A stretch of 64,000 nucleotides of DNA from a virus. The position numbers and the translations under genes are program-made. Location of the stretch: the IMG/VR virus record IMGVR_UViG_3300008740_000600, positions 2,669 through 66,668 of that record, one strand, 5' to 3'. Position 1 is the first letter of the stretch, and the number at the start of each line of letters is the position of its first letter. The notes beneath the pieces are model-generated. The model was given only the letters and a program-made list of their open reading frames with translations, was not told where the DNA came from and ran no database searches. Of this stretch, positions 1 to 10,000 are shown piece by piece.

Positions 1-7
1 AACTGAA

Positions 8-190
8 ATGCGTGAATTACAAGAACAACATAAGATGTTAGACCGTAAAACAACCGATTTAGAAAAAGAAAGAAGAGCTAATCGATCACCTACATTAAAA
101 TTCGAGTTAGTTGAATTAAAGAAAGAAAAATTAAAAATTAGAGATAAAATAAACAACCTACGATTACTCCAAGAACAGGACAATGGCTAG
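8..190 (+). CDS. DUF465/YdcH-like small coiled-coil protein (may be 5'-truncated)
   Basis: ELQEQHKMLD...LVELKKEKLKIRDKI pattern typical of DUF465. Confidence 0.55.
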   Translation: MRELQEQHKMLDRKTTDLEKERRANRSPTLKFELVELKKEKLKIRDKINNLRLLQEQDNG

Positions 191-542
191 GTTCAAAAAA
201 AATATTCCATTTGAAAGAAATAAATTTGGAATTAAAATTCGTAAGATTGACAGTCGAAATAGATTACACGGTATTATGGAATACCAATTACGAATACCAT
301 TAGATATGTTTTTAGAAGTGCGAGAATGGTGTTGGGAAACTTGGGGAGGATCAGTAGAATATATTTTATATGACAAGTTCAAAGGAAAACAACAATGTAA
401 TAATGCTTGGTGCTTTGATGCTGATATTTCAACTACAAAATTTCCAGAACGTAATAGAGAACTATATAGAACTGGACTAGTTTATTTGGCATCAGATGCC
501 GAATTAGATTTATTTTTCTTGAAATGGGCACAAGATGTATAA
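183..542 (+). CDS. hypothetical phage protein
   Basis: ORF with AGGA RBS, overlapping neighbours; EVREWCWETWG and LFFLKW segments. Confidence 0.6.
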   Translation: MARFKKNIPFERNKFGIKIRKIDSRNRLHGIMEYQLRIPLDMFLEVREWCWETWGGSVEYILYDKFKGKQQCNNAWCFDADISTTKFPERNRELYRTGLVYLASDAELDLFFLKWAQDV

Positions 543-933
543 AGCAATAATTGTATTACTATTAATTTTTTCTTGCTCTGTAAGTAAAGCTGAAGGCATA
601 CTTGATTGGCAAACATACGGAGTTAATACAGAACCATTAACAAAGGAAGATAAAATTGGTATAACTATGTTCAACGTATTCCAAGGAATAGATATGCTTC
701 AAACACTTGAAATAGTTGACGATGACAGGTTTTATGAAACAAATCCGATACTAGGCAAATATCCAAGTCATACCGAAGTAATTGGCTATTTTGTTTTACG
801 AGGTATAGCACATTGGAAACTTACTGAACTAATACCACAAAAATATAGGAAGGCTTGGTTGGCGGTTTCAATTGTCCCCCAAATTGATACAATACATCAT
901 AATCATAAAATTGGTGTAAGGATAAGTTGGTAA
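535..933 (+). CDS. secreted/membrane hypothetical protein
   Basis: N-terminal signal peptide; YETNPILG motif; C-terminal aromatic residue. Confidence 0.6.
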   Translation: MYKAIIVLLLIFSCSVSKAEGILDWQTYGVNTEPLTKEDKIGITMFNVFQGIDMLQTLEIVDDDRFYETNPILGKYPSHTEVIGYFVLRGIAHWKLTELIPQKYRKAWLAVSIVPQIDTIHHNHKIGVRISW

Positions 934-939
934 TAATGG

Positions 940-969
940 TTGACAGGCATACTTGTATAATGTTATAAT
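940..969 (+). promoter_or_regulatory. sigma70-type early promoter
   Basis: TTGACA-N18-TATAAT with TG extension. Confidence 0.75.
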
Positions 970-993
970 AACAGAAAGTAAAGGATTAAACAA

Positions 994-1458
994 ATGGATA
1001 ACAATGTAACAATAATGGCAGAACATAGTACTATGAGAAGCCAAAGTCTAGCAGAGCAACGTGAACAGCAAAAAGCAAATGCTAAAAAGTTTATTTGGGT
1101 TAAATTTCAAAAAGAAGGAATCCACAAATATCCTGCGGCTCTAGATGATCCTAAACTAGCAACAGGTGATGAGTATGATGTTAGTTTTTTAGGTTATCCC
1201 CATAGACATATTTTCCATTTTAGAGTTTGGATTGAAGTATTTCATGATGATAGAGATATTGAATTTATTCAATTTAAACGTTGGCTAGAAAAATTATATA
1301 CAGAAAAAACATTAGAACTTGATTATAAATCTTGTGAGATGATATCAGATGATTTATTTTTAAAAATAGCAGAACGCTATCCTGGCCGTTCTGTTTGGAT
1401 CGAAGTAGCTGAAGATGGCGAAAACGGTTCTTTCATTCCATACAATTATGAAAAATAA
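994..1458 (+). CDS. QueD-like T-fold protein, DpdL-type (putative 7-carboxy-7-deazaguanine decarboxylase)
   Basis: LGYPHRHIF matches the LxxxHRHxF variant of the QueD CxxxHGH motif; SCEMI and EDGENG T-fold motifs; near folE. Confidence 0.65.
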   Translation: MDNNVTIMAEHSTMRSQSLAEQREQQKANAKKFIWVKFQKEGIHKYPAALDDPKLATGDEYDVSFLGYPHRHIFHFRVWIEVFHDDRDIEFIQFKRWLEKLYTEKTLELDYKSCEMISDDLFLKIAERYPGRSVWIEVAEDGENGSFIPYNYEK

Positions 1459-1473
1459 TAAGGATAATTTAAA

Positions 1474-1701
1474 ATGGAACCACAGGTTGAACAAGTGTTT
1501 AACGACCTTGACGAATTTAAAAAGTTTTGTATTCAATTTGGGTGGGTATACGATGAAGCAGATTTATACACTAATAATAAACCCTACATGGCTTTCCTCA
1601 GATTTAAAGACGGAAAGCGAGTACCAAATAATTGGGTTAAAGACTCAAGAATACCAGGAGGTGGGAGCAACAAACGTAAATGGCATATAAAAAAGAAATA
1701 A
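1474..1701 (+). CDS. hypothetical phage protein
   Basis: AAGGA RBS; compact ORF in operon. Confidence 0.6.
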   Translation: MEPQVEQVFNDLDEFKKFCIQFGWVYDEADLYTNNKPYMAFLRFKDGKRVPNNWVKDSRIPGGGSNKRKWHIKKK

Positions 1702-1961
1702 CTTTAGAAATATCAAAGTTTAGTAGACGTGAACGTTATATAGGCGAACATACTGGCAACACTATAGAAGGTGGTGCTCTTAATGCCAATTATACGTTAG
1801 TAGATGCTGTAGGAAATGTGTGTAATCAATTAGGAAAGCATGGATATTCTTATGGTAAGGATTTTGTATGGGGTGATCATGCTTGGACAGATCAAATGAA
1901 TGACGCCATCAGCATTAAATATAACGATCCAAAAATTGAAACATTGTTAGGTATAAGATGA
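1680..1961 (+). CDS. hypothetical protein
   Basis: ORF in tightly packed operon. Confidence 0.55.
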   Translation: MAYKKEITLEISKFSRRERYIGEHTGNTIEGGALNANYTLVDAVGNVCNQLGKHGYSYGKDFVWGDHAWTDQMNDAISIKYNDPKIETLLGIR

Positions 1962-2284
1962 AAAAGCAGAAAAAAATAAAAAAAGTAAAGGTACAAAAAA
2001 TTAATCCAAAACCTGCTGTAAAAAATCCTGCTGATATTATAAGAGATTTTCAAGATCTTATAAAAGACGCTGACAGTTACACTGGTAAAGATTATAAAAA
2101 ATATTGGGAAGGTTTAAGAAAGACTGGTCCTGAGATGCTAGGTATAACTAAAGCAATCTTAGAAGAACTAGAAAAGGCTATAAAAACTATTAATGAACTT
2201 AATAGTAAAATTAAAGATGCTGAACCAGTTAGAATTGTTGAGGACGATCCTTTTAAAGGAACCTCAATAGAAGGTAAAGATTAA
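1958..2284 (+). CDS. hypothetical protein
   Basis: ATGA overlap with upstream gene. Confidence 0.55.
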   Translation: MKKQKKIKKVKVQKINPKPAVKNPADIIRDFQDLIKDADSYTGKDYKKYWEGLRKTGPEMLGITKAILEELEKAIKTINELNSKIKDAEPVRIVEDDPFKGTSIEGKD

Positions 2285-3339
2285 TGACAATTTACATTGT
2301 AGACATTGAGGCAGTAGATACTCGTTACACATCACAGTGGAAGGAGCATTTACCAAAGCAACTACAGAAGCATTTTGCTTTTAATGGAGTAGATGAAGTA
2401 GTAACTATTAGTGGTGGCGAAACCCCACAAGCAACAACACCTGGTGCTTTTTTAAACTTTGGTGGTACTAATGTTTATAAATCAAATCAATTAGAACAAA
2501 TCGGTGAAATGTTTTGTAATGGTACAATTAAAGACGGTGATTACTTTTTATATACTGATGCTTGGAATCCTACTGTTATACAACTAAAATATATGGCATC
2601 ACTACTTAAAGTTAATATTAAAATAGGTGGTATGTGGCACGCCGGTAGTTATGACCCAGCAGACTTTTTAGGTAGACTTATTGGCGACAAACCGTGGGTT
2701 AGAAATGCTGAACAAAGTATGTTTGATTGCTACGACGATAATTTTTATGCTTCAAAATTTCATGTAAAATTATTCCTACAAACTTTCCCAGAAGCAGACG
2801 AAAGTAAAATTAAAATTGTTGGATGGCCAATGGAATATTTAGAAGAAACATTAAAGCCTTATGCTGGAGCACCTAAATATAATAACATTTTATTTCCTCA
2901 TAGAGTAGCACCAGAAAAACAACCAGAGATTTTTACAGACTTGGCAAATAGTATGCCAGAGTATAATTGGATTATTGCTCAAGAAAAAGAATTATCAAAA
3001 GATGAATATCACAAACTGTTAGCTACAAGTAAATTAGTGTTTAGTGCTAACTTACAAGAAACATTAGGTATCAGTTGGTATGAAGGTGCTTTGGTAGGAA
3101 CACTACCTATGGTACCGGATAGGTTAAGCTATAGCGAAATGGCAACACCAGATGTATTATATCCTAGTGAATGGACAAGTTCATGGGACAACTACTTGAA
3201 ACATAAAGAAAAAATAATGGAACATATTAACAAAATAATGAACCTAAAAGATTATGATTCAGTATGTAAACAATTAACTAAAAAAGTTTCACCTTTCTTT
3301 AATGGCGAGAGACTATATGAAGCAACTGAAACTTTTTAA
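2284..3339 (+). CDS. GT-B (GT4-like) glycosyltransferase
   Basis: FPHRVAPEKQP and ETLGISWYEG (EX7E) motifs. Confidence 0.75.
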   Translation: MTIYIVDIEAVDTRYTSQWKEHLPKQLQKHFAFNGVDEVVTISGGETPQATTPGAFLNFGGTNVYKSNQLEQIGEMFCNGTIKDGDYFLYTDAWNPTVIQLKYMASLLKVNIKIGGMWHAGSYDPADFLGRLIGDKPWVRNAEQSMFDCYDDNFYASKFHVKLFLQTFPEADESKIKIVGWPMEYLEETLKPYAGAPKYNNILFPHRVAPEKQPEIFTDLANSMPEYNWIIAQEKELSKDEYHKLLATSKLVFSANLQETLGISWYEGALVGTLPMVPDRLSYSEMATPDVLYPSEWTSSWDNYLKHKEKIMEHINKIMNLKDYDSVCKQLTKKVSPFFNGERLYEATETF

Positions 3340-3374
3340 AATAGACATCCACGTCTATAACTCGGAGAAATAAG

Positions 3375-4049
3375 ATGGACATAAGCAAAGTAATTAAACA
3401 AAGAATTTTAGCAAAGAATAAACGATTTCATTGTAACGACAATATATCAGAATTTATTGAAGATGGTGAATTGGATTTACTACAAACAGAAGTAGAAGGT
3501 AAATTACAAGACGTTATGGAAAGTTTGGTAATTGATACCAAACACGATCACAATACACAAGACACAGCCAAACGTGTAGCAAAGATGTATATTAAAGAAA
3601 TATTTGGTGGGAGATTTAATCCCCACCCAAGAGTTACTTCTTTTCCAAATATGGGATATAAAAGTTTATACACATCAGGACCAATAAGCATCAGATCAAC
3701 CTGTGCCCATCACTTTCAAAATATTGTAGGTAAAGCATGGGTTGGTATTATTCCTGAAGATGAAGTAATTGGGTTAAGCAAGTTTAATAGGTTAGTCCAT
3801 CATATTGCTGAACGCCCTCAAATTCAAGAAGAAATGACTACACAAATTGCTGAAGAATTAGTTAAATTTGCCAAAACACCACACGTTGCGGTAGTAGTTA
3901 AAGCAGAACATCATTGTATGACCCATAGAGGAGTACGTGAGCATGAGTCAGATATGACAACAGCTATAATGTTAGGTGGTTTCCTCGAAGATCCTGCTTT
4001 AAAACAAGAGTTTTATGACATTTGCTTGAGTATGAAAGGTCATAATTAA
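3375..4049 (+). CDS. folE: GTP cyclohydrolase I
   Basis: TAKRVAKMY, STCAHH, GLSKFNR, RPQIQE, HHCMTHRG. Confidence 0.95.
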   Translation: MDISKVIKQRILAKNKRFHCNDNISEFIEDGELDLLQTEVEGKLQDVMESLVIDTKHDHNTQDTAKRVAKMYIKEIFGGRFNPHPRVTSFPNMGYKSLYTSGPISIRSTCAHHFQNIVGKAWVGIIPEDEVIGLSKFNRLVHHIAERPQIQEEMTTQIAEELVKFAKTPHVAVVVKAEHHCMTHRGVREHESDMTTAIMLGGFLEDPALKQEFYDICLSMKGHN

Positions 4050-4091
4050 TAAATAACATTGTTATAACATAAAAGATCCGGAGATAAAAAT

Positions 4092-4643
4092 ATGGCACAT
4101 AAAGAAGGACACGGCGTCCCATACATCCAATGGCACTTAAGAGTTGATGGTTCTTGGGAAACTGTAGATTCAGATTATTGGTTTAAAAATAAAACTGTGG
4201 TTGTTTTTAGTTTACCCGGTGCTTTTACGCCAACTTGTTCAACTCAACACCTACCAGGATATGAAGATCGCTATCAAGAATTCAAAGATGAAGGTATCGA
4301 CGACATTTATTGTATTTCAGTAAATGATGCTTTTGTAATGAATGCTTGGGGTAAAGACCTAGGTATTGAAAATGTAAAACTATTACCAGATGGTAACGGT
4401 ATGTTTACAAAAAGAATGGAACAAATGGTTGAGAAACAAGGCGCTGGAATGGGTAGTAGATCATGGCGTTATGCTATGATCGTTAAAGACCAAAAAATTA
4501 TTAAACAATGGGTTGAAGAAGGAAAAGGCGACAATATAGAAGCTGATCCATACTCAAATACAGACCCTGGAACAGTAATTAATTGGATTAAAGGCGACTT
4601 TGGCAAAGATAAGTTGAGCAATAAGAAGAAATCAAAAAAATAA
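4092..4643 (+). CDS. peroxiredoxin (Prx5/redoxin family)
   Basis: LPGAFTPTCS, SVNDAFVMNAW, RSWRYAM. Confidence 0.92.
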   Translation: MAHKEGHGVPYIQWHLRVDGSWETVDSDYWFKNKTVVVFSLPGAFTPTCSTQHLPGYEDRYQEFKDEGIDDIYCISVNDAFVMNAWGKDLGIENVKLLPDGNGMFTKRMEQMVEKQGAGMGSRSWRYAMIVKDQKIIKQWVEEGKGDNIEADPYSNTDPGTVINWIKGDFGKDKLSNKKKSKK

Positions 4644-4658
4644 TGACATTACACATTG

Positions 4659-4689
4659 AAAATAGGAGACTTTGCTCTCCTATTTTTTT
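4659..4689 (+). terminator. intrinsic terminator
   Basis: AAAATAGGAGA/TCTCCTATTTT stem followed by T-run. Confidence 0.85.
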
Positions 4690-4727
4690 GGATTTGGAAA
4701 AATAATACAAAATAGTTAAAAAAATGG

Positions 4728-4756
4728 TTGACCTTAGGTTTAAAATTTGCTATAAT
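4728..4756 (+). promoter_or_regulatory. sigma70-type promoter
   Basis: TTGACC-N17-(TGC)TATAAT. Confidence 0.7.
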
Positions 4757-4857
4757 GTATACACTATGTTAGAAAAGTCTAGCATACGTGAAAAACTATG
4801 TTAGAAAATACTTTAACATTTATTAGTAAACTTATAAATCCTATGGAGGGTAATTTA

Positions 4858-5115
4858 ATGGCTAATACAAAAACAATCAATGCTCGAGTACTTACGGCGT
4901 TCCAAAACGGAAGAGAATTGACTTCAGATCAGATTTCCAACACTTTTGGTGCTGGTAATCCACAGGCTGTAGTTCAGTCTTTACGTTTTGCTGGTTATCC
5001 AGTTTATCTTAACACAAAGAAAAATGGTGTTAAGAAGTATCGTTTAGGCACTCCTAGCAGACGAGTTATCTCTGCTGGTTACAAAGCGATTGCTAAAGGA
5101 CTAATTGATGCCTAA
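4858..5115 (+). CDS. winged-helix DNA-binding protein
   Basis: GGAGG RBS before ATG 4858; LTSDQISNTFGAGNPQAVVQSLRFAGYPVY HTH-like. Confidence 0.6.
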   Translation: MANTKTINARVLTAFQNGRELTSDQISNTFGAGNPQAVVQSLRFAGYPVYLNTKKNGVKKYRLGTPSRRVISAGYKAIAKGLIDA

Positions 5116-5443
5116 TAGGCATTCCAATAAAGTCAAAGCTGACAAGGGCGGGGCGGCGAAAGTCGCCCTTCCTGATTACCATGATCCGGTTAAAGAATTT
5201 AACTTTTATGTAGTTTATTGGAAGGATATTGAAAGTGATCCTAGTTGGAGAACTCTTAAAGATATCCAAGCAAGTAAACCTGCTGTTTGTGTAAGTACAG
5301 GATGGCTGGTTAAGAAAGACAAAGAAACTCATGTGCTAATGAGCGATTTTAACTTTGATAAAAATGGTGAAATAGGTGATGGTGGATCAAGTACAGTTAT
5401 ACCGTCAGGAAACATTTTAAAATTGATTAAAATCGATATATAG
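5105..5443 (+). CDS. hypothetical phage protein
   Basis: VYWKDI...CVSTGWL...TVIP pattern common in marine phages. Confidence 0.6.
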   Translation: MMPNRHSNKVKADKGGAAKVALPDYHDPVKEFNFYVVYWKDIESDPSWRTLKDIQASKPAVCVSTGWLVKKDKETHVLMSDFNFDKNGEIGDGGSSTVIPSGNILKLIKIDI

Positions 5444-5450
5444 AATTCAA

Positions 5451-5711
5451 ATGCTAAATCAAATCATTACAATTCGCAATTTATTTAAAGTAGCAATTTT
5501 GGCACTACTACTTTTCATAGCAACATCCATATATAAAGTTCACGATAAATTAAATAACGTTGAAAGTTATTTAGATGCTATATATATGGAATTATCTACA
5601 GAAATCGACGACTTAAACAGAGTATTAGAAATGACTCAATACAATAGTGTTAGGTTGTTAGAACTGTATGAGAGTGCCATAACAAATAAAGAAGACAAAG
5701 GAACAGAATGA
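5451..5711 (+). CDS. membrane-anchored coiled-coil protein
   Basis: N-terminal TM helix. Confidence 0.55.
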   Translation: MLNQIITIRNLFKVAILALLLFIATSIYKVHDKLNNVESYLDAIYMELSTEIDDLNRVLEMTQYNSVRLLELYESAITNKEDKGTE

Positions 5712-5911
5712 ACACAGGTAAAATAAAATGGTTTAACCCAACCAAGGGTTACGGTTTTATAGAAACTGGTGAGCAAGGTAAAGATATATTCCTACATATT
5801 TCTGCCCTACAAGAAGCAGGTATTGATCAAATCACTGAAGGTGAATCAGTATCCTACGAAATTGGGGAAAATAGAGGAAAACCTACTGCCATCAATATTA
5901 AAAAATTATAA
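5708..5911 (+). CDS. cspA: cold-shock protein
   Basis: GKIKWFNPTKGYGFI, DIFLHISAL. Confidence 0.93.
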   Translation: MNTGKIKWFNPTKGYGFIETGEQGKDIFLHISALQEAGIDQITEGESVSYEIGENRGKPTAINIKKL

Positions 5912-5924
5912 AATCTAATATCGG

Positions 5925-5953
5925 TTGACAAACTTCATCTATTATGCTATATT
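5925..5953 (+). promoter_or_regulatory. sigma70-type promoter
   Basis: TTGACA-N17-(TGC)TATATT. Confidence 0.65.
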
Positions 5954-6102
5954 ATATGTATAGTTAGAAAAAGGAGTTACAAATGGCTAATATTAGTAAT
6001 GAAGAAGCTCGAAATAAACTTAATCCAAGATTTAAGTCACGAGCTCTCCTAGATGATAATTCCCATAAAATAATTTCAAAGAATTCAAATGATGTTGAGC
6101 CT

Positions 6103-6188
6103 GCTCTTGTGGTGGAACTGGTATACACAGCAGACTTAAAATCTGCCGGCCATCGGCCATGCTGGTTCGAGTCCAGCCAGGAGCACCA
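6103..6188 (+). tRNA. tRNA-Leu(UAA)
   Basis: GCTCTTG/CAGGAGC acceptor, GCAGA-CTTAAAA-TCTGC anticodon arm, long variable arm, GGTTCGAGTCC, encoded CCA. Confidence 0.95.
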
Positions 6189-6289
6189 ACATCTTGAACG
6201 AGTTAACGGTAGTTATTCCTTAACTAACTATACGAATCCGGCTTCTGTTCTACCGTGGGAGTCGGATTCACTTTTTATAGGAAATAATC

Positions 6290-6670
6290 ATGAAAAAGCT
6301 CATATGGGTTCTATGTTTGGTCTTTGTATCTAATTCAGCTATTGCTGAAGACACATCAATTTATACAGATCCGTATCAAGAAGCATACACAAAATTATGT
6401 GCTGAAGTTCCTGAGTTAGCCAAAGCTATTTACAAGTATGGTTCTTGGGTATCTAAAAAATATGCTATCAAAGAAACTCGTAAAAAAGCTCTAGAAATTA
6501 TACCATCCGGTACAATAGGTCGATCAGAGTATATGTTAAAAACCGAAGAGCAAGTTGAGTATATGCTTATTTCATATAAAGAGAAAATTCCATTAGAAGA
6601 TGTAATAGTAGTAGCATCTTCTGATTGTATTGATTTTCAGGATAATTTGTTAGTTTTAAACGGTATTTAG
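6290..6670 (+). CDS. secreted hypothetical protein
   Basis: signal peptide MKKLIW...SAIA; AGGA RBS. Confidence 0.65.
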   Translation: MKKLIWVLCLVFVSNSAIAEDTSIYTDPYQEAYTKLCAEVPELAKAIYKYGSWVSKKYAIKETRKKALEIIPSGTIGRSEYMLKTEEQVEYMLISYKEKIPLEDVIVVASSDCIDFQDNLLVLNGI

Positions 6671-6671
6671 G

Positions 6672-6794
6672 TTGACTTTTTCGCCAAAATCCATTATAAT
6701 AGTATATTATAGAAAAATAAAGTGTAAAACCCTTGATTTTACTGGATTTTTAACGCCAATAAATGGTTGACAAATCCATACAATATGCTATAAT
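6672..6794 (+). promoter_or_regulatory. tandem sigma70-type promoters
   Basis: TTGACT(6672)..TATAAT(6695) and TTGACA(6767)..TGCTATAAT(6794). Confidence 0.7.
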
Positions 6795-6823
6795 AATAGT
6801 AGTTAATTAAGGAGTATGATTAT

Positions 6824-7009
6824 ATGAAACAGACAATATATGCTACAATTTTTATTTTTAGCATGGTTTTTGCCGTTGGTTCAATAGACGGTGGATACCA
6901 CGGAGTACCAGTAAATGACAATTGGTTAGGATTTTTTATCTTTACAGCCATTGGTATACTATTTGCTGTCTTAACAATTAAATCACAGTCAGAGACTCAG
7001 GAGGAGTAA
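6824..7009 (+). CDS. small two-TM membrane protein
   Basis: AAGGAG RBS; two hydrophobic helices. Confidence 0.65.
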   Translation: MKQTIYATIFIFSMVFAVGSIDGGYHGVPVNDNWLGFFIFTAIGILFAVLTIKSQSETQEE

Positions 7010-10000
7010 TGAAACTTACCTATCACATCAAAGGTATTTTACTAGGATCATTAGTATTTGTATTAACAGCTTGTGGTGGTGGCGGAGGTAGTGGCCCAAC
7101 AGGCGTAACATTAGGCCCAGGTACTGGAAATAGTGCCATGGATATACTTGGCGGTAATATAGGTACAAATATCGCGGCCGTTGATGGTGCTTTATCTACA
7201 CTAGCAAACATTAATGGTATAAGTGCTATGGTTGATGCCGACTCAGGACAGTTCACAACTATTAAAAATGGTTTTGAAGCAATTAAAACATTAAAGACTC
7301 AAGTAGATGCTCTATCGGCTACAGACAAACAACTATTACAAAATATGGATGTTTGGGTTGAAATGAGTGGATGTAATGGCGGTCAAGTAGGTTGTGGTAA
7401 AACTATGAGTATCTTAGATGCTATCAACCTTGGTAGTAAAATGTATGATCGTTATTATGAGCCATATAAAGAATTTTGGACTAACGGTGCCGAGAATGGT
7501 AAGGTAGATGATTCTACATCTGCTTTCGCTGGCATTAAAGCAAAAGTTGAAGCAGACGAACAGTTAAGTAAAAACGACTTAATTAATATGATTAATTCAG
7601 ACGGTGCTGATAAAACTGTTACAGATACAAATTATAATATTGTAATTTATACTGAAACTAGTGAAGTAATTATTGGTACTGATTTAACTAAAACGGTTAC
7701 AGTAAGTGAAGAAACGGTGGCATACAATGCCGACACAGTTTCAGATTACTGGCCAACAGATTTTGACTCAACTACAGCAACTGGTTGTAATTGTACTAAA
7801 ACGTATATTAATACAACTACGGCAACTCAAACATATGATTCTTATAGAGAAGACGCTGTAACTTATAAACGAATTGATACAGTTTATACTTACTCAGATG
7901 GTAGTGTTACAACTATACCTGGAAATCCAGAAGTTACTAATACTGTAACAGGTACTACAAAAGAAAGAAACATAACATTCTCAAATCATCAAACAGTTTC
8001 ACAATATGTTTCTACATCAAATAACGGATCAGGTGGTGATAATAATGATTCAGATGATTCTGATAATACAGCTAATGTTGATTACACAGACACAGATGAA
8101 AACTTAGGTACTAAAACTACAGGGCTACCTACTAATCCAGATACTTTTATTAACCAAGAATTTTTAATGGGCTATGTAGATAATGGGTATAACAATGCTT
8201 ATAGAGATCAATTAAAAGAAATAAAAATTAACTATGCTTGGGCAAGAGGTTGGACAGGTAAGGATAGTAAAGTTGGTGTTATTGATACAGGTATTAATAC
8301 TAGTCACCAAGAGTTTACAAATTCAATTGCTGAAACAAAAGACTTTACAGGTTATGGGGTAACTGATGCTCACGGGCACGGTACTCACGTTGCTGGTACA
8401 ATCGCGGCCAATAGAGATGGCGAAGGTATGGTCGGTGTAGCATTTGATTCAAAATTATATATTGTTAAAAATACTCACAACGGTTATGGTGGTGGGCACT
8501 TTGGCGAAGCAATGGAATGGTTAAAGACACACAAAGTTGATGTCGCTAACATATCGCAAAACAACAACTACGATTATAGAATTAGTACAACAGGTGGTAC
8601 AATATACACATTAATAGATGCTAACAAAGGTATCTACAAATTTAATGATAGTTATATTAAAAACGGCCATACTTATACTACACCAGAAAGTTGGTTACAA
8701 AATGGTTATGGTGATGCCGTAACTGAAGCCAATACTTGGTCAACTTATATGGCAGGTAGTGAAATTGTTGTAGTTAATAGTGCTGGTAACCAAGGTTTAC
8801 CATTCGCGGCACAACCTGGATCACTTGCTCCAGAAGTAGATGCTAATGGTAATCTTAAACTAGACGGCAGAATGATTGTAGTAGGAAACTACAGATTATA
8901 TGATGGTGCTAGGTTAGGTAACCATGCTGGTACAATTTGTCATAATGTAATTAATGATGTTTGTCAAGATCAATATTCAGTAAGTGACTTCTTTATTAGA
9001 GCACCTGGATATGGTAAGAGTGCTAGTCATACAACAAATGATGGCTATGCTTGGATGAGTGGAACATCAATGAGTGCTCCGCTTGTTACAGGTTCAATTG
9101 CTGTATTACATCAGATGTGGCCACATATGACAGGTAAGAATTTAGTACGATTAATTTTAGAAACGGCTGATGATACATATTCAGGTTATAGTGTAGCATT
9201 AGATGGACACGGCAGATTAGATATGGATGCCGCGACACAACCGGTTGGTGCTACTGGTATTCCAACTGATGGAAGAATGTCAGGATATACTATTAGTTCA
9301 AATGGTTATACTGCCGGTACAAATACTGTACCAAGTTCAGTTAGTTCTCTTATTATCGAAACAGACAATACAAGTTTTAATAGAGAATGGTTAGTACCAA
9401 TTGCTAAAGCAAGTGTTCCAGTTGATACAGCCTTTCATGATTATAAAAGTTATGCCGGTTTAGTTACGTTACCAGTTAACAATGACTTTGCGGTACATTT
9501 AAAAGAAAACAGTATGGACAGTCTTGCTGTAACATATGATGGTACAACAGTAGGTTATATGAAAGAAGATGGACAATACCTAGGACGTTACTTTAACGGA
9601 TTCTTTGGTATTGGTCAAACAGAAACGGCTTTCGTACAAAAAAGTAATAACTTTGATATTGCTGACAATACAACATTAACAACTAATGTAAACTTAGGTT
9701 ACACAACTGTAGATACAGTTAGTAACTCGCTTATTAATAAGAGTGATGACTTAATGAGTTATGGTTGGTCGGCTACAACTAATACTAAACTTAATGACGA
9801 ATGGAGTGTTTCAGGATTTGTTGCTCAACCAGTTACAGTATTCTCAGGTAGCATGAATATTAATGCTCCTACTAGTAGATCAGGTGACAATGTATCGTAT
9901 ACTGATACAGACTGGACACAGGTTGCTAAAGTAGAAACAGACGTTGGTATAAGTGCTCAATATAATAAAGGAGACTTTAACTTTACTGTAGGCGGTACAC

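Noticed and set aside
5144-5172. GC-rich hairpin GGGCGGC-GAAA-GTCGCCC as a separate ncRNA
   Set aside because: Short, lies just after the HTH gene and inside the next ORF; most simply a weak terminator or stabiliser.
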